A stretch of 64,000 nt of DNA, taken from Bacillales bacterium UBA7581 (GTDB lineage Bacteria > Bacillota_I > Bacilli_A > RFN20 > CAG-826). The stretch covers positions 4,158-68,157 of the forward strand of contig DLKT01000003.1 of NCBI GenBank assembly GCA_002477825.1, given 5' to 3'. Both the position numbers and the translations under genes were made by a program. Position 1 is the first letter of the stretch; every line of letters starts with the position of its first letter. The notes under the pieces are model-generated. The model made no database searches and was not told the origin of the DNA. It saw only the letters and a program-made list of their open reading frames with translations. This document shows, in pieces, positions 20,842 through 31,871 of this stretch.

Positions 20842-21672
20842 ATGTCAATTAGAACTTATAAACCGACGACACCAAGCCGTCGTCACATGACAAATACGAC
20901 ATTCGAAGAAATCACCAAAAGCACTCCTGAGAAAAGTTTATTAGTAAATCTTTCTAAAACAGGTGGTCGTAACAACACTGGTATGATTACGACTCGTCAC
21001 ATCGGAGGCGGACATAAACGTCGCTACCGTATTGTTGATTTCAAGAGAAACAAAGATGATATCCTTGGCACAGTCGCTGCTATCGAATATGATCCAAACC
21101 GTAACGCAAACATCTGCTTAATCAATTATGCTGATGGTGAAAAACGTTACATCATTGCACCAAAAGATTTAAAAGTTGGTGACAAAATTATTTCCGGCGA
21201 AAGCTGCGATATCAAAGTTGGTAACGCAATGGCAATCGGAAATATCCCTGAAGGTACCTTCGTCCACAACGTGGAATTATATCCAGGTAAGGGCGGACAA
21301 ATGTGCCGTGCCGCTGGCACAAGCGCACAAATCCTTGGTAAAGAAGGAAAATACGTAATCTTACGTCTTGCTAGTAGTGAAGTTCGTAAAGTCTTAGCTA
21401 CTTGCCGTGCTACCGTCGGTATCGTCGGTAACGAAGATTACAGCTTAATTAACTTAGGTAAAGCTGGTAAAACCCGTTGGTTAGGTACTCGCCCAACCGT
21501 ACGTGGTTCTGTTATGAACCCTAACGATCACCCACACGGTGGTGGTGAAGGTAAATGTCCAGTCGGTCGTGATGCACCTCGTACCCCATGGGGCAAACGT
21601 GCTTTAGGTGTTAAGACCAGACATGCAAAGAAAGCATCTACACGTCTCATCGTAAGACGTAGAAGCAAATAG
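20842..21672 (+). CDS. rplB: 50S ribosomal protein L2
   Basis: Conserved uL2 sequence ([22 protein letters not shown]). Confidence 0.97.
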   Translation: MSIRTYKPTTPSRRHMTNTTFEEITKSTPEKSLLVNLSKTGGRNNTGMITTRHIGGGHKRRYRIVDFKRNKDDILGTVAAIEYDPNRNANICLINYADGEKRYIIAPKDLKVGDKIISGESCDIKVGNAMAIGNIPEGTFVHNVELYPGKGGQMCRAAGTSAQILGKEGKYVILRLASSEVRKVLATCRATVGIVGNEDYSLINLGKAGKTRWLGTRPTVRGSVMNPNDHPHGGGEGKCPVGRDAPRTPWGKRALGVKTRHAKKASTRLIVRRRSK

Positions 21673-21691
21673 GTGAAGGAGGAAAAGAAAC

Positions 21692-21985
21692 ATGGCTCGT
21701 AGTTTGAAAAAAGGACCTTTCGTTGATGCACACCTTTTAAAGAAAGTTGAAGCGCTCAACGCATCAGGCAAAAAAGAAATTATTAAAACATGGTCACGCA
21801 GAAGCGTTATCTTCCCACAATTCATCGAACATACCTTCGCTGTCTATAACGGACACGAACACATTACGGTTTATGTAACCGAAGATATGGTCGGTCACAA
21901 GCTTGGAGAATTCGCTCCAACTCGTACTTATACCGGACATACCGGACATACCGCAGAAGATAAAGCAGCTAATGCTGCTAAGTAA
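21692..21985 (+). CDS. rpsS: 30S ribosomal protein S19
   Basis: [12 protein letters not shown]...[13 protein letters not shown]. The C-terminal tail carries a TGH-TGH duplication. Confidence 0.97.
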   Translation: MARSLKKGPFVDAHLLKKVEALNASGKKEIIKTWSRRSVIFPQFIEHTFAVYNGHEHITVYVTEDMVGHKLGEFAPTRTYTGHTGHTAEDKAANAAK

Positions 21986-21996
21986 GGAGAAGAACA

Positions 21997-22329
21997 ATGG
22001 AAGCAAAAGCAATCGTTACCGGAGTTAGACTTACTCCAAGAAAAGCCCGCTTAGTCATTGACCTTGTCCGCGGCAAAGATGTTAGTGAAGCCCTTGGTAT
22101 TTTAGCTAACGTCAACAAATCAGCGACCCCAATCGTTACAAAACTCATCAAATCCGCCGCTGCTAACGCAATTAACAACCACGGAATGGATGAAAAGAAA
22201 CTTTACATCGCTGAAATTTATGCAAATGATGGTCCACGTTTAAAACGCTTTATGCCACGTGCTAAAGGATCAGCATCTAGCATTGTAAAAAGAACTTCGC
22301 ATATTACATGCGTAATTAAAGAAAGATAA
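21997..22329 (+). CDS. rplV: 50S ribosomal protein L22
   Basis: Conserved uL22 sequence and operon order. Confidence 0.97.
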   Translation: MEAKAIVTGVRLTPRKARLVIDLVRGKDVSEALGILANVNKSATPIVTKLIKSAAANAINNHGMDEKKLYIAEIYANDGPRLKRFMPRAKGSASSIVKRTSHITCVIKER

Positions 22330-22343
22330 GGAGGAAATAATCA

Positions 22344-23012
22344 ATGGGACAAAAAGTTAATCCAGTAGGTATGCGTGTTGGCATCAACCGCGATTGGAAT
22401 TCCAGATGGTATGCTTCAAATCAAGATTATGCAACCTTCTTACACGAAGATATTAAAATTCGTGAATACTTAGCCAAAAAGTTAAAAGACGCATTACTTT
22501 CTCACGTTGAAATCGAAAGAATTAAAACCGATAAAGGACATGCGGTCAACGTCACAATCTTCGTTGCTCGTCCAGGTGTGGTTATTGGACAAGATGGTGC
22601 CAATATCAATGCTATTAAAAAGGATTTAGCCAAGATTGTTAAAGGATCTGAACTCAAAGTCAGCGTTGCTGATGTGAAACAACCAGATCTCGATGCGACT
22701 TTAGTTGCTCAAAGCATTGCTAAACAACTCGAAGAACGTGCTTCTTTCCGTACTGCACAAAAGAAAGCCATTCAAAGAGTTCGCAAAGCTGGCGCTAAAG
22801 GCTGCAAGACCTTAATTTCTGGTCGTCTTGCAGGTGCTGATATCGCTCGTAGCGAAGGTTACCATGAAGGTATTATTCCTCTTCATACTCTTCGTAGCGA
22901 TATTGACTACGCCCTTGCCGAAGCACACACCACCTATGGCCGTTTAGGCTGCAAAGTCTGGATCTGCCGTGGTGAAGTTCTTCCTCAAAGAAAAGAAAAG
23001 AAAGGAGAATAA
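22344..23012 (+). CDS. rpsC: 30S ribosomal protein S3
   Basis: MGQKVNP.G.R.G....W.S.W and KH domain sequence. Confidence 0.97.
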   Translation: MGQKVNPVGMRVGINRDWNSRWYASNQDYATFLHEDIKIREYLAKKLKDALLSHVEIERIKTDKGHAVNVTIFVARPGVVIGQDGANINAIKKDLAKIVKGSELKVSVADVKQPDLDATLVAQSIAKQLEERASFRTAQKKAIQRVRKAGAKGCKTLISGRLAGADIARSEGYHEGIIPLHTLRSDIDYALAEAHTTYGRLGCKVWICRGEVLPQRKEKKGE

Positions 23013-23018
23013 ATCACT

Positions 23019-23435
23019 ATGTTACAACCAAAGAGAGTCAAGTATAGAAGACCTCACGGAATTAAATATGAAGGCCATTCCAAGGCTGGTAATACTGTAG
23101 AATTCGGTGATTTTGGTCTCCAAGCAGTATCTGGCAATTGGATTACCAACCGTCAAATAGAAGCGGCTCGTATCGTCCTTGCTCGTTACACCAAAAGAAG
23201 TGGTCAAATTTGGATTCGTATTTATCCACATTTAGCCAAAACAAAGAAACCTGCCGAAGTCCGTATGGGTTCTGGTAAAGGTTCCCCAGAGTCCTGGGTT
23301 GCAGTTGTCAAAACTGGACGTGTTATGTTTGAAATTGGAGGCGTTCCTGAAGCGGATGCTCGTGAAGCTCTTCGCTTAGCCGCTTATAAACTTCCAATCA
23401 AATGTAAAGTCATTGCGAAAGGAAAGGCGGAATAG
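23019..23435 (+). CDS. rplP: 50S ribosomal protein L16
   Basis: [11 protein letters not shown]...MGSGKGSPE. Confidence 0.97.
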   Translation: MLQPKRVKYRRPHGIKYEGHSKAGNTVEFGDFGLQAVSGNWITNRQIEAARIVLARYTKRSGQIWIRIYPHLAKTKKPAEVRMGSGKGSPESWVAVVKTGRVMFEIGGVPEADAREALRLAAYKLPIKCKVIAKGKAE

Positions 23436-23437
23436 TT

Positions 23438-23635
23438 ATGAAACTTAAAGAAATCAGAGAAATGAGCACTGAAGAACTTAATGCTAAGGTCTATGAACTT
23501 AAAGAACAATTATTCGAAGCCCGCCGCAAACAAGCCGTTGGACAACTCGAAAATGGTAAAACAATGACCCAAGCACGTAAAGACATTGCTCGTATTTATA
23601 CAGTAATTCGTGAACGTGAACTCGGAATTAAGTAG
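23438..23635 (+). CDS. rpmC: 50S ribosomal protein L29
   Basis: Conserved uL29 sequence (ELKEQLF..R.Q) and operon order. Confidence 0.95.
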   Translation: MKLKEIREMSTEELNAKVYELKEQLFEARRKQAVGQLENGKTMTQARKDIARIYTVIRERELGIK

Positions 23636-23648
23636 GAGGTAAAGATTC

Positions 23649-23912
23649 ATGGAAGAAAGAAAAACTCGTAGAGTACTCAAAGGAGTCGTAGTCTCCGATA
23701 AAATGGACAAAACCATCACGGTTTTAGTCGAAACTCACAAAATGCATACCAAATATGGTAAGCGTGTGAAATATGCGAAAAAGTACAAAGCCCACGATGA
23801 AAACAATATTGCCAAAAAAGGTGATACCGTTACCATTATGGAAACCCGTCCTTTATCCGCAACCAAACGTTTCCGCCTTGTTGCTGTTGTAACTAAGGCT
23901 TTGGAAGACTAA
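23649..23912 (+). CDS. rpsQ: 30S ribosomal protein S17
   Basis: [15 protein letters not shown]...YKAHDENN. Confidence 0.96.
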   Translation: MEERKTRRVLKGVVVSDKMDKTITVLVETHKMHTKYGKRVKYAKKYKAHDENNIAKKGDTVTIMETRPLSATKRFRLVAVVTKALED

Positions 23913-23932
23913 AATAAAGGAGGAACAAGAAT

Positions 23933-24307
23933 ATGATTCAAACTGAAACCAATCTTGTCGTCGCCGATAACTCCGGCGCACGTTCCGTCCGTGTCTTCCG
24001 CATTTATGGTGGATCTCATGTGAAATCTGCTAGCATTGGTGATGTCGTTCTTTGCGCAGTCAAAGACGCTATCCCAAATGCCAAAGTGAAAAAAGGTGAC
24101 GTTGTTAAATGCGTCATCGTCCGTGTAGCCAAAGCTTTAAATCGTGCTGATGGTTCTACCGTTCGCTTTGATGATAACGCCGTCGTATTAATCAATGATG
24201 ATGGCACCCCAAGAGGCACCCGTGTCTTTGGACCTGTGGCCCGTGAACTCCGTGAAAAGGGAGATAAATTCATGAAAATTATCTCTTTAGCTCCGGAAGT
24301 CTTATAG
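23933..24307 (+). CDS. rplN: 50S ribosomal protein L14
   Basis: [16 protein letters not shown]... Confidence 0.97.
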   Translation: MIQTETNLVVADNSGARSVRVFRIYGGSHVKSASIGDVVLCAVKDAIPNAKVKKGDVVKCVIVRVAKALNRADGSTVRFDDNAVVLINDDGTPRGTRVFGPVARELREKGDKFMKIISLAPEVL

Positions 24308-24319
24308 GAGGAAAGAACT

Positions 24320-24637
24320 ATGAAAATCAAAAAAGGTGATAAAGTAATCGTAATTTCCGGCGCCGATAAAGGCAAAACAGGTGTGGTTCAAAAAGCACAT
24401 CCAAGCCTTAATAAGGTGGTTGTCGAAGGCGTTAACCTTCGCAAAAAACATAAGAAACCTACACAACAAAACCCAGAAGGAAGCATCGTTGATATCTATG
24501 CTCCTATCCATGTGAGTAATGTAGCTCTTATCGATCCAAAAACCAAGAAAGCAACTCGTGTTGGCACAATGGTAGATAAAAAAGGAAAGAAAATCCGTGT
24601 TTCTACCGCTAAAGCCGGCCGTAACAAATTAGACTAG
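24320..24637 (+). CDS. rplX: 50S ribosomal protein L24
   Basis: [21 protein letters not shown] motif. Confidence 0.96.
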   Translation: MKIKKGDKVIVISGADKGKTGVVQKAHPSLNKVVVEGVNLRKKHKKPTQQNPEGSIVDIYAPIHVSNVALIDPKTKKATRVGTMVDKKGKKIRVSTAKAGRNKLD

Positions 24638-24650
24638 GAGGTAGCATTAC

Positions 24651-25208
24651 ATGGCAAATGATAAATATGTCGCTCGTCTTCAACAAAAATATGTAGACGA
24701 AGTCGCACCAGCATTATTCAAAAAATATGGTTATGCTTCCGTTATGCAAGTCCCAGCGTTAGAAAAAGTTGTTATCAACATCGGCGTTGGTGAAGCCACC
24801 TCTAACTCTAAAATGTTAGAAGATGCTGCTCAAGAACTCGCTTTAATTACCGGTCAAAAACCAGTAATTACGAAAGCTAAAAAATCCATCGCAAGTTTCA
24901 AACTTCGTGAAGGTCAACCTATTGGTTGTAAAGTAACTCTTCGTGGAACTCGTATGTATGAATTCCTCGACAAGTTATTCACTATCGCACTTCCACGTGT
25001 ACGTGACTTCCGTGGCGTTAGCAAAAACGCTTTCGACGGACGTGGCGATTACACTTTAGGTGTAAAAGAACAATTAATCTTCCCGGAAATTGATTACGAT
25101 AAGGTAAGCAAAATCCGTGGTATGGATATTGTTATCGTAACGACTGCTACCAAAGACGAAGAAGCTTATAGCTTACTCGAAATGTTAGGCATGCCGTTCC
25201 ACAAATAG
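24651..25208 (+). CDS. rplE: 50S ribosomal protein L5
   Basis: Conserved uL5 sequence ([16 protein letters not shown]). Confidence 0.97.
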   Translation: MANDKYVARLQQKYVDEVAPALFKKYGYASVMQVPALEKVVINIGVGEATSNSKMLEDAAQELALITGQKPVITKAKKSIASFKLREGQPIGCKVTLRGTRMYEFLDKLFTIALPRVRDFRGVSKNAFDGRGDYTLGVKEQLIFPEIDYDKVSKIRGMDIVIVTTATKDEEAYSLLEMLGMPFHK

Positions 25209-25225
25209 TAAGGAGGACAACATAA

Positions 25226-25411
25226 ATGGCGAAAACATCATTGGTCGTACGTTATAAAAGACCACAAAAATTCAAAGTCAGAGAATACACACGTTGTGAA
25301 CGTTGTGGACGTCCTCACTCAGTCATTCGTAAATTTAAGTTGTGCAGAATCTGCCTCCGTGAATTAGCTTACAAAGGCGAAATTCCAGGTATGAAGAAAG
25401 CCAGCTGGTAA
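25226..25411 (+). CDS. rpsN: 30S ribosomal protein S14, type Z (zinc-binding)
   Basis: 61 aa with CERCGR...CRIC zinc ribbon. Confidence 0.96.
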   Translation: MAKTSLVVRYKRPQKFKVREYTRCERCGRPHSVIRKFKLCRICLRELAYKGEIPGMKKASW

Positions 25412-25432
25412 TCTTAGAAGGAGGAAATAACA

Positions 25433-25828
25433 ATGGTAATGACAGATCCAATTGCAGATATGCTTACAAGAATTCGTAACGCAAATGTTATGCGCCACGA
25501 AACAGTTACTATGCCGAGTTCTACGATGAAAGTTCGCATTGCTGACATCTTAAAAGAAGAAGGCTTTATTACGGACTACGCTGTGACAGGCGATGTCAAA
25601 AAAGAACTCACAATTACATTAAAATATGCGGAAGGTGGCGTTCGTGTCATCTCTGGTTTAAAGAAAATCTCTAAACCAGGCTTACGTGTCAATGCCCCAG
25701 CAGATAAACTCCCACGCGTATTAAAAGGATTAGGAGTAGCAATTATCTCTACTTCTAAGGGAGTCATGAGTGATAAGAAAGCCCGCGCCTTAGGCGTTGG
25801 CGGCGAAGTTATCGCTTATATTTGGTAG
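25433..25828 (+). CDS. rpsH: 30S ribosomal protein S8
   Basis: [18 protein letters not shown]. Confidence 0.97.
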   Translation: MVMTDPIADMLTRIRNANVMRHETVTMPSSTMKVRIADILKEEGFITDYAVTGDVKKELTITLKYAEGGVRVISGLKKISKPGLRVNAPADKLPRVLKGLGVAIISTSKGVMSDKKARALGVGGEVIAYIW

Positions 25829-25839
25829 GAGGAAAAACA

Positions 25840-26382
25840 ATGTCACGTATTGGTCATAAGGTTATTCATATACCTGCAGGCACAACCGTTGAAGTGAACG
25901 GCAACACCATCGTTGCTAAAGGACCAAAGGGTACCGAAACTGAAACATTTGATCCAAGATTCACATATGAAATCAATGGTGAAGAATTAAGAGTAATTCG
26001 TCCAAACGATGAAAAACAAACGAAGGCATTACATGGTACAACCCGTGCATTACTTCACAACATGATCGTTGGCGTTACTGAAGGATTCAAGAAAGAGCTT
26101 GTCATCGTCGGTATCGGTTACAGAGCTCAAATGAAGGGAACCGACTTAAACTTATTTATCGGTTACTCTCACGATGTACTCATTACACCAGAACATGGTG
26201 TTAAGATTACATGCCCATCTGCAACAGAAGTTACAGTAGAAGGCACAAACCGTCAAGCAGTCGGACAAACTGCTGCCCGTATCCGTGCGGTCCGTGAACC
26301 AGAACCATATAAGGGTAAGGGTATTATGTATAAGAACGAGCATATCATCCGTAAGGAAGGTAAGCGCGCTGGTAAGAAATAA
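25840..26382 (+). CDS. rplF: 50S ribosomal protein L6
   Basis: MSRIGHK.I.IP.G. The ATG at 25840 follows AGGAGGAAAAA; the tracked start at 25822 overlaps the rpsH end. Confidence 0.96.
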   Translation: MSRIGHKVIHIPAGTTVEVNGNTIVAKGPKGTETETFDPRFTYEINGEELRVIRPNDEKQTKALHGTTRALLHNMIVGVTEGFKKELVIVGIGYRAQMKGTDLNLFIGYSHDVLITPEHGVKITCPSATEVTVEGTNRQAVGQTAARIRAVREPEPYKGKGIMYKNEHIIRKEGKRAGKK

Positions 26383-26402
26383 TCGGTAAGGAGGAAAAAG
26401 CT

Positions 26403-26759
26403 ATGATAACAAAAGAAAATAAAAACGTTGTTCGTCAACGTCGTCATGCTCGTGTCCGTGCTAAAATTCACGGAACCGCTACATGCCCACGTTTAAGTGT
26501 TTATCGCTCAAACGCTCACATTCATGCTCAACTTATCGATGATGTGAACGGTGTAACATTAGTTAGTTCATCTTCCGTCGCTCTCAAATTAGAGAATGGC
26601 GGAAATATTGCTGCCGCTAGCAAAGTCGGTGAAGATATCGCTAAAAAGGCTTTAGCCGCCGGTATCGAAACCATCGTCTTTGACCGCTCAGGTTATATTT
26701 ATCACGGTCGTGTCAAGGCCGTTGCAGAAGCCGCTCGTGAAGCTGGCTTAAAATTCTAG
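26403..26759 (+). CDS. rplR: 50S ribosomal protein L18
   Basis: Conserved uL18 sequence ([29 protein letters not shown]). Confidence 0.97.
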   Translation: MITKENKNVVRQRRHARVRAKIHGTATCPRLSVYRSNAHIHAQLIDDVNGVTLVSSSSVALKLENGGNIAAASKVGEDIAKKALAAGIETIVFDRSGYIYHGRVKAVAEAAREAGLKF

Positions 26760-26771
26760 GAGGAACGAAAC

Positions 26772-27377
26772 ATGCAAGAAGAAGAAAAAGAAGTAGTTGC
26801 AGTAGAAGAAACTGCTGCTCCCGCCGAAGCATCTGCTGAAAAGCGCGCTCCTCGTGGAGATCGTCGCCCACGTGGCGATCATAAAGGAGACCGTCGTGGT
26901 CGCCGCCCAGAACGTCAAGAAAAACAATACGAAGAACGCGTAGTCGCAATCAATCGTGTTAGTAAGACCGTTAAGGGTGGACGTCATATGCGTTTCTCCG
27001 CCGTTGTCGTCGTTGGCGATGGCAAAGGCAAATTCGGCTTTGGAACAGGTAAAGCCATGGAAGTACCTGATGCAATCAAAAAAGCATTAGAAGCTGCCAA
27101 AAAGAACATGTTCCGAGTCCATATGGTGAAAGGTGATACCATCCCTCACGAAGTGGAAGGCATCTTCGGTGCAACCAAGGTTTTCTTAAAACCTGCCCCT
27201 GAAGGTACCGGAATCATCGCTGGTGGCCCAGTACGGGCTATCTTGGAATTAGCTGGTGTCAAGAATATTTATTCCAAAGTTTACGGCGCTCGTAGACCAA
27301 TCAACATTCTACGCGCTACCACTGCTGGTCTTCAATCTTTAAAGACCTATGGTGAAGTTAAAGCGCTCCGTAAATAG
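26772..27377 (+). CDS. rpsE: 30S ribosomal protein S5 (with ~40-aa charged N-terminal extension)
   Basis: uS5 core begins at [17 protein letters not shown]. It is preceded by 53 aa rich in E/A/R/G (the B. subtilis S5 I recall has ~12). Confidence 0.96.
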   Translation: MQEEEKEVVAVEETAAPAEASAEKRAPRGDRRPRGDHKGDRRGRRPERQEKQYEERVVAINRVSKTVKGGRHMRFSAVVVVGDGKGKFGFGTGKAMEVPDAIKKALEAAKKNMFRVHMVKGDTIPHEVEGIFGATKVFLKPAPEGTGIIAGGPVRAILELAGVKNIYSKVYGARRPINILRATTAGLQSLKTYGEVKALRK

Positions 27378-27420
27378 TTAGCGCTACAAATTATTCTAAA
27401 GAAATAGGGAGGTGCACATA

Positions 27421-27861
27421 ATGAAACTGCATGAACTCGAATACACAGAGGGAGCCCGTAGAGCTTCATTCCGCGTTGGACGTGGTATTGGAACTGGAAA
27501 CGGTAAAACATCTGGAAAAGGACAAAAAGGTCAAAACTCTAGAAGCGGTGGCGGAACACGTCTCGGCTTCGAAGGTGGTCAAAACCCATTATTCCGTCGT
27601 TTACCAAAAAGAGGCTTCCACAATTCTACTCGTATCGAATTCGCAATTGTTAACGTCGAGGATTTAGAAGTTTTCGAAGATGGCGTTGAAGTCACTCCAA
27701 CATTATTGAAAGAAGCCGGACTTGTCCGTAAAGAATATGATGGAGTTAAAATCTTAGGTAATGGTACATTAACTAAGAAATTAACAGTCAAAGCCAATAA
27801 ATTCTCTAAAGCTGCTGAAGCTGCTATCAAAAATGCTGGCGGAACAATTGAGGTGATTTGA
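27421..27861 (+). CDS. rplO: 50S ribosomal protein L15
   Basis: MKLHEL....GA...R.RVGRG.G.G.GKTSG.G.KGQ. The ATG at 27421 follows GGGAGGTG; the tracked GTG at 27412 lies inside the SD. Confidence 0.96.
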   Translation: MKLHELEYTEGARRASFRVGRGIGTGNGKTSGKGQKGQNSRSGGGTRLGFEGGQNPLFRRLPKRGFHNSTRIEFAIVNVEDLEVFEDGVEVTPTLLKEAGLVRKEYDGVKILGNGTLTKKLTVKANKFSKAAEAAIKNAGGTIEVI

Positions 27862-27863
27862 GT

Positions 27864-29231
27864 ATGAAGAAAATCATTTCTATCTTAAAGAATAAAGAAA
27901 TTATGGGGAGAATCGTATTTACACTTGCGATTCTTCTTGTATTCCGTATTGGCTCTGCCATTACGATTCCAGGCGTCACAGTTAAAGATTTAGACTTTAC
28001 CGAAAATAGCGTCTTCGGCCTAATGAACTTATTAGGCGGTGGTGCGTTATCTACGTTCTCTATCTTTGCTCTAGGCGTATCCCCATATATTACTTCTTCC
28101 ATTATCGTCGAACTTTTATCCATGGATGTTTTACCTGCATTAGCAGAATTAAGCAAACAAGGACAAACGGGACGTAAGAAAATGGAAATGACGACTCGTT
28201 ACTTAACACTCCTTCTTGGAGCTGTTCAAGCATATGGCATTATCAAAACCATGGAAAACAGTGATTACATCACTTTAACCATGGGAACCAGTTTCTGGGA
28301 TTATGCCTACATTGTTACCATCCTTATGGCTGGCGGTATGTTAGTCATGTGGTTAGGTGACCAAATTACTACCAAAGGACTTGGAAATGGTATTTCTGTC
28401 ATTATCTTCGCGGGTATTGTCTCATCCTTACCAAGTCAAATGACAACCGCATTCCAACAATGGTTATATTACCCATTAATGAGTAATGTTTCTTCAAGAA
28501 TTCTTGAAGGTGCCATTCGTTTCGCTTTGTATGTTGTCGCTTATCTTCTCATCGTCTGCTTCGTTGTATTTGTGGAACTTTCCAAAAGAAAAATCCCAGT
28601 CCAACATTCAGGCAAGAGTGGATCAGCCAAAATGTCGCAAGCAAGTTTCTTACCAATTAAGATTAACTCTGCTGGCGTCATTCCTGTGATTTTTGCTTCT
28701 TCCATCATGATGGCACCTACGGTTATCGCAAGTTTCATCACCGGAGCTGACTTGAACGCAGAATGGTTGAATGTCTTCTCAACGACCGCAATGACCAAAA
28801 TGCCTTGGTTTAATGACAAGGTATGGTACATGCCATGGGGCTTAATTATTTACCTCATCTTAATCTTTGCGTTCTCATTCTTCTATTCCAATCTTCAAAT
28901 CAATCCAGAGCAATTATCCATTAACTTCTATAACAACGGATCGTACATTCCCGGTATTCGTCCAGGAAACCTTCCTGGTAATGAAACCGAACGTTATGTT
29001 CGTAAAGTGTTAAATCGTGTTACATTTATTGGTGCTAGTGCCTTAGCGTTAATCGCCGCACTCCCAGTCGTGTTAACACTTACCGGTGTTTTACCTCAAC
29101 AACTTGCTTTAGGTGGAACAGGTTTAATCATCGTTGTTGGTGTAGCTCTCGAGCTCAACTCACAAGTCGATGGTTTACTCGCCGGAAAGAGCTTTGACGA
29201 AGTCACTTCAAATGCAAAGAGAGGATACTAA
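27864..29231 (+). CDS. secY: Preprotein translocase subunit SecY
   Basis: 10-TM protein with a conserved SecY N-terminus (RI.FTL..L.V.RIG..I..PGV). The ATG at 27864 sits 7 nt after GAGGTGA. Confidence 0.96.
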   Translation: MKKIISILKNKEIMGRIVFTLAILLVFRIGSAITIPGVTVKDLDFTENSVFGLMNLLGGGALSTFSIFALGVSPYITSSIIVELLSMDVLPALAELSKQGQTGRKKMEMTTRYLTLLLGAVQAYGIIKTMENSDYITLTMGTSFWDYAYIVTILMAGGMLVMWLGDQITTKGLGNGISVIIFAGIVSSLPSQMTTAFQQWLYYPLMSNVSSRILEGAIRFALYVVAYLLIVCFVVFVELSKRKIPVQHSGKSGSAKMSQASFLPIKINSAGVIPVIFASSIMMAPTVIASFITGADLNAEWLNVFSTTAMTKMPWFNDKVWYMPWGLIIYLILIFAFSFFYSNLQINPEQLSINFYNNGSYIPGIRPGNLPGNETERYVRKVLNRVTFIGASALALIAALPVVLTLTGVLPQQLALGGTGLIIVVGVALELNSQVDGLLAGKSFDEVTSNAKRGY

Positions 29232-29233
29232 AA

Positions 29234-29881
29234 ATGAATATTATTTTAATGGGGCCTCCAGGTGCAGGCAAAGGAACACAAGCAAAGAAAATTATCGCTG
29301 AATTTCATATCCCTCATATTTCTACGGGGGATATGTTCCGCGAAGCGATAAAAGCAGGCACCGATTTAGGAACGCTTGCTGCAAGTTACATCAACAAGGG
29401 ACTTTTAGTTCCTGATGAAGTCACAATCGGATTAGTCAAAGAAAGATTAATGCAAGACGATTGTGCAAATGGATTTCTTCTCGATGGTTTCCCAAGAACC
29501 ATCCCGCAAGCAGAAGCTTTGGAGAAATTATTAGAAGAAATTCATCGGCCAATTACCATGGTCATCGATATTACGGCAGATAAAGAAGCTTTAATTCGTC
29601 GTATTAGTGGTCGTCGTGTTTGTAAAACATGTGCGGCACCTTATCACATTGAATTTAAGCCAAGTAAGGAACCCGATGTGTGCGATTTATGCCACGGACC
29701 TTTAATTCAACGTAAAGATGATACTGTTGAGGTATTGACCGAAAGATTAGATGCCTATGAAACCCAAACCAAACCATTAGTTAACTTCTATAAAGAACGC
29801 AACTTACTTAAATCGGTTGATGGGTTACAAGACATTGAAGACGTCTTCAAAGACATCTCCACCTTATTAAGAGGAGAATAA
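29234..29881 (+). CDS. adk: Adenylate kinase (zinc-lid type)
   Basis: P-loop GPPGAGKGTQ and lid CKTC...CDLC. Confidence 0.97.
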   Translation: MNIILMGPPGAGKGTQAKKIIAEFHIPHISTGDMFREAIKAGTDLGTLAASYINKGLLVPDEVTIGLVKERLMQDDCANGFLLDGFPRTIPQAEALEKLLEEIHRPITMVIDITADKEALIRRISGRRVCKTCAAPYHIEFKPSKEPDVCDLCHGPLIQRKDDTVEVLTERLDAYETQTKPLVNFYKERNLLKSVDGLQDIEDVFKDISTLLRGE

Positions 29882-29885
29882 AGAC

Positions 29886-30644
29886 ATGATTATCGTGAAA
29901 TCGCCTCGAGAAATCGAGCTGATGCGCGAAGCTGGTAGAATTACGGGGAGTGTATTTGATGCACTCCAACCGTATCTCAAGCCGGGCGTTACTACTGAAG
30001 AATTAGATCGAGTTGCAGAAAAAACAATTCGCTCACAAAATGCCACTCCAGGCTTTAAAGGCTATGGCGGATTTCCTGCCACTTGCTGTATTTCTGTGAA
30101 TGATACATTAGTTCATGGATTTCCTAGCAAATATCGCCTCAAAGAAGGAGACATTGTTTCTGTTGATGTAGGCGCTGTCTATAAGGGTTACAATGGTGAT
30201 GCCGCTAGAACATTCGCAATTGGTAAAATTAGCGATAACGCTGCGAAATTAATTCGCGTAACCGAAGAATGTTTCTGGTTAGCTATCAAATTAGTCAAAC
30301 CTGGTGTATATCTTTCTGATATTTCTCACCAAATCCAAGTTCATGCCGAAGAGAATGGTTTCTCCATCCCTCGCGACTATACAGGACATGGTATTGGTAT
30401 GGAACTTCATGAAGATCCAATTATTCCAAATTATGGTCTTCCTGGACATGGTGTGAAACTTCGTCCTGGCATGTGCTTAGCAATTGAGCCAATGCTTCAC
30501 GAAGGATCAAGAGAAACTAGAACCATGGAAGATGGGTGGACAGTCAAAACGGTTGATGGTAAATTAGCCGGCCATTATGAAAATACGATTGTCGTTACCG
30601 AAGAGGGCTGTGAAGTCCTCACATTAAGTAAAAACATGAAATAG
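29886..30644 (+). CDS. map: Methionine aminopeptidase, type I
   Basis: Metal-ligand motifs (VDVGAVYKGYNGDAA, GHGIG, LAIEP, YENT). Confidence 0.96.
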   Translation: MIIVKSPREIELMREAGRITGSVFDALQPYLKPGVTTEELDRVAEKTIRSQNATPGFKGYGGFPATCCISVNDTLVHGFPSKYRLKEGDIVSVDVGAVYKGYNGDAARTFAIGKISDNAAKLIRVTEECFWLAIKLVKPGVYLSDISHQIQVHAEENGFSIPRDYTGHGIGMELHEDPIIPNYGLPGHGVKLRPGMCLAIEPMLHEGSRETRTMEDGWTVKTVDGKLAGHYENTIVVTEEGCEVLTLSKNMK

Positions 30645-30656
30645 TGGAGGAAAAAA

Positions 30657-30875
30657 ATGGCAAAAGAAGATGTCATTGAAGTCGAGGCGGTAGTCGTTGA
30701 AACACTTCCAAACGCAATGTTTAGAGTGAAGCTTTCTAACGGCGTCGTAATTCTCGCTACCGTTTCTGGTAAAATCCGTATGAACTACATTCGCATTCTA
30801 CCAGGTGATAGAGTTACGGTGGAAATATCGCCCTACGATTTAACACGGGGCAGAATCACATTTAGATTTAAATAA
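30657..30875 (+). CDS. infA: Translation initiation factor IF-1
   Basis: [23 protein letters not shown]... S1-like fold sequence. Confidence 0.97.
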   Translation: MAKEDVIEVEAVVVETLPNAMFRVKLSNGVVILATVSGKIRMNYIRILPGDRVTVEISPYDLTRGRITFRFK

Positions 30876-30897
30876 AAAAAACGAGGAGGAAATTTTT

Positions 30898-31014
30898 ATG
30901 AAAGTCAGACCCTCAGTCAAACCTATCTGCGATAAATGCAAAGTGATTCGTCGTCATGGCCGCGTTATGGTCATTTGCTCGAATCCAAAACATAAGCAGA
31001 GACAAGGAAATTAG
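30898..31014 (+). CDS. rpmJ: 50S ribosomal protein L36
   Basis: Not in the ORF track (38 aa). Read directly from the sequence: [38 protein letters not shown], with a GAGGAGGA SD 8 nt upstream. Confidence 0.93.
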   Translation: MKVRPSVKPICDKCKVIRRHGRVMVICSNPKHKQRQGN

Positions 31015-31028
31015 GAGGAATTTAGAAT

Positions 31029-31403
31029 ATGGCACGTATTGCTGGAGTAGATATTCCAAACGAGAAACGTGTTGTCATCTCCCTTACCTACATCTACGGT
31101 ATTGGACCGACAACTGCAAAGAAAATTTTAAGCAAATTAAATATTAACGAAGATATTCGTGTTAAGAACTTAACCGAAGAACAACTTACTGCTATCCGTA
31201 GTGAAGTCGCTCATATTAAGGTTGAAGGCGATCTCCGTCGTGAAGTCGCTTTAAACATTAAACGTCTTCAAGAAATCGGATGTTATCGCGGACTTCGTCA
31301 TCGTAAAGGCCTTCCTGTTCGTGGACAACGCACAAGAACCAACGCTCGTACACGTAAAGGACCTAAAAAGACCATTGCGAATAAGAAGAAAGCAACACAA
31401 TAA
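31029..31403 (+). CDS. rpsM: 30S ribosomal protein S13
   Basis: [24 protein letters not shown]. Confidence 0.97.
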   Translation: MARIAGVDIPNEKRVVISLTYIYGIGPTTAKKILSKLNINEDIRVKNLTEEQLTAIRSEVAHIKVEGDLRREVALNIKRLQEIGCYRGLRHRKGLPVRGQRTRTNARTRKGPKKTIANKKKATQ

Positions 31404-31424
31404 AGAAAGTGAGGAAATAGAGAT

Positions 31425-31826
31425 ATGGCTAAAGCAACAAAGAAAGCTTCTACTACACGTAAGAAGAAAATTAAAAGAAGCTATACGAAAGGTATTGCTC
31501 ACATTCACTCCACTTTCAACAACACCATTGTTACAATCACCGATGAAGCTGGAAACGTCATTGCATGGTCTAGCGCTGGTGCATTAGGATTCAAGGGTGC
31601 TAAAAAATCCACACCTTTTGCCGCACAAATGGCTGCTGAAGCTTGCGCAAAAGTTGCATTGGATCAAGGAGTCAAAACAGTTGATGTTAACGTCAAAGGT
31701 CCAGGACCAGGTCGTGAATCGGCTGTCCGTAGCTTACAAGCTGCCGGTCTTAGCATTGTTATGATTACCGATACAACACCAATCCCACATAATGGTTGCC
31801 GTCCACCAAAGCGTCCACGTGGTTAA
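31425..31826 (+). CDS. rpsK: 30S ribosomal protein S11
   Basis: [20 protein letters not shown]...WSSAG. Confidence 0.97.
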   Translation: MAKATKKASTTRKKKIKRSYTKGIAHIHSTFNNTIVTITDEAGNVIAWSSAGALGFKGAKKSTPFAAQMAAEACAKVALDQGVKTVDVNVKGPGPGRESAVRSLQAAGLSIVMITDTTPIPHNGCRPPKRPRG

Positions 31827-31871
31827 TTGTTGTCTCAATAACTAAGTTGATTGCAAAAGGAGGAAACCAAA

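Noticed and set aside
26772-26930. The GC-rich block at the start of rpsE as a foreign insertion or hidden RNA gene
   Set aside because: It is in frame with the uS5 core and directly follows a good SD and ATG. It reads as a coherent charged low-complexity peptide, so I treat it as a protein extension (see findings).
30956-31147. 63-aa plus-strand ORF overlapping rpmJ and rpsM
   Set aside because: It is out of frame with both conserved genes. The true short gene here is rpmJ (30898-31014), which I read directly from the sequence.
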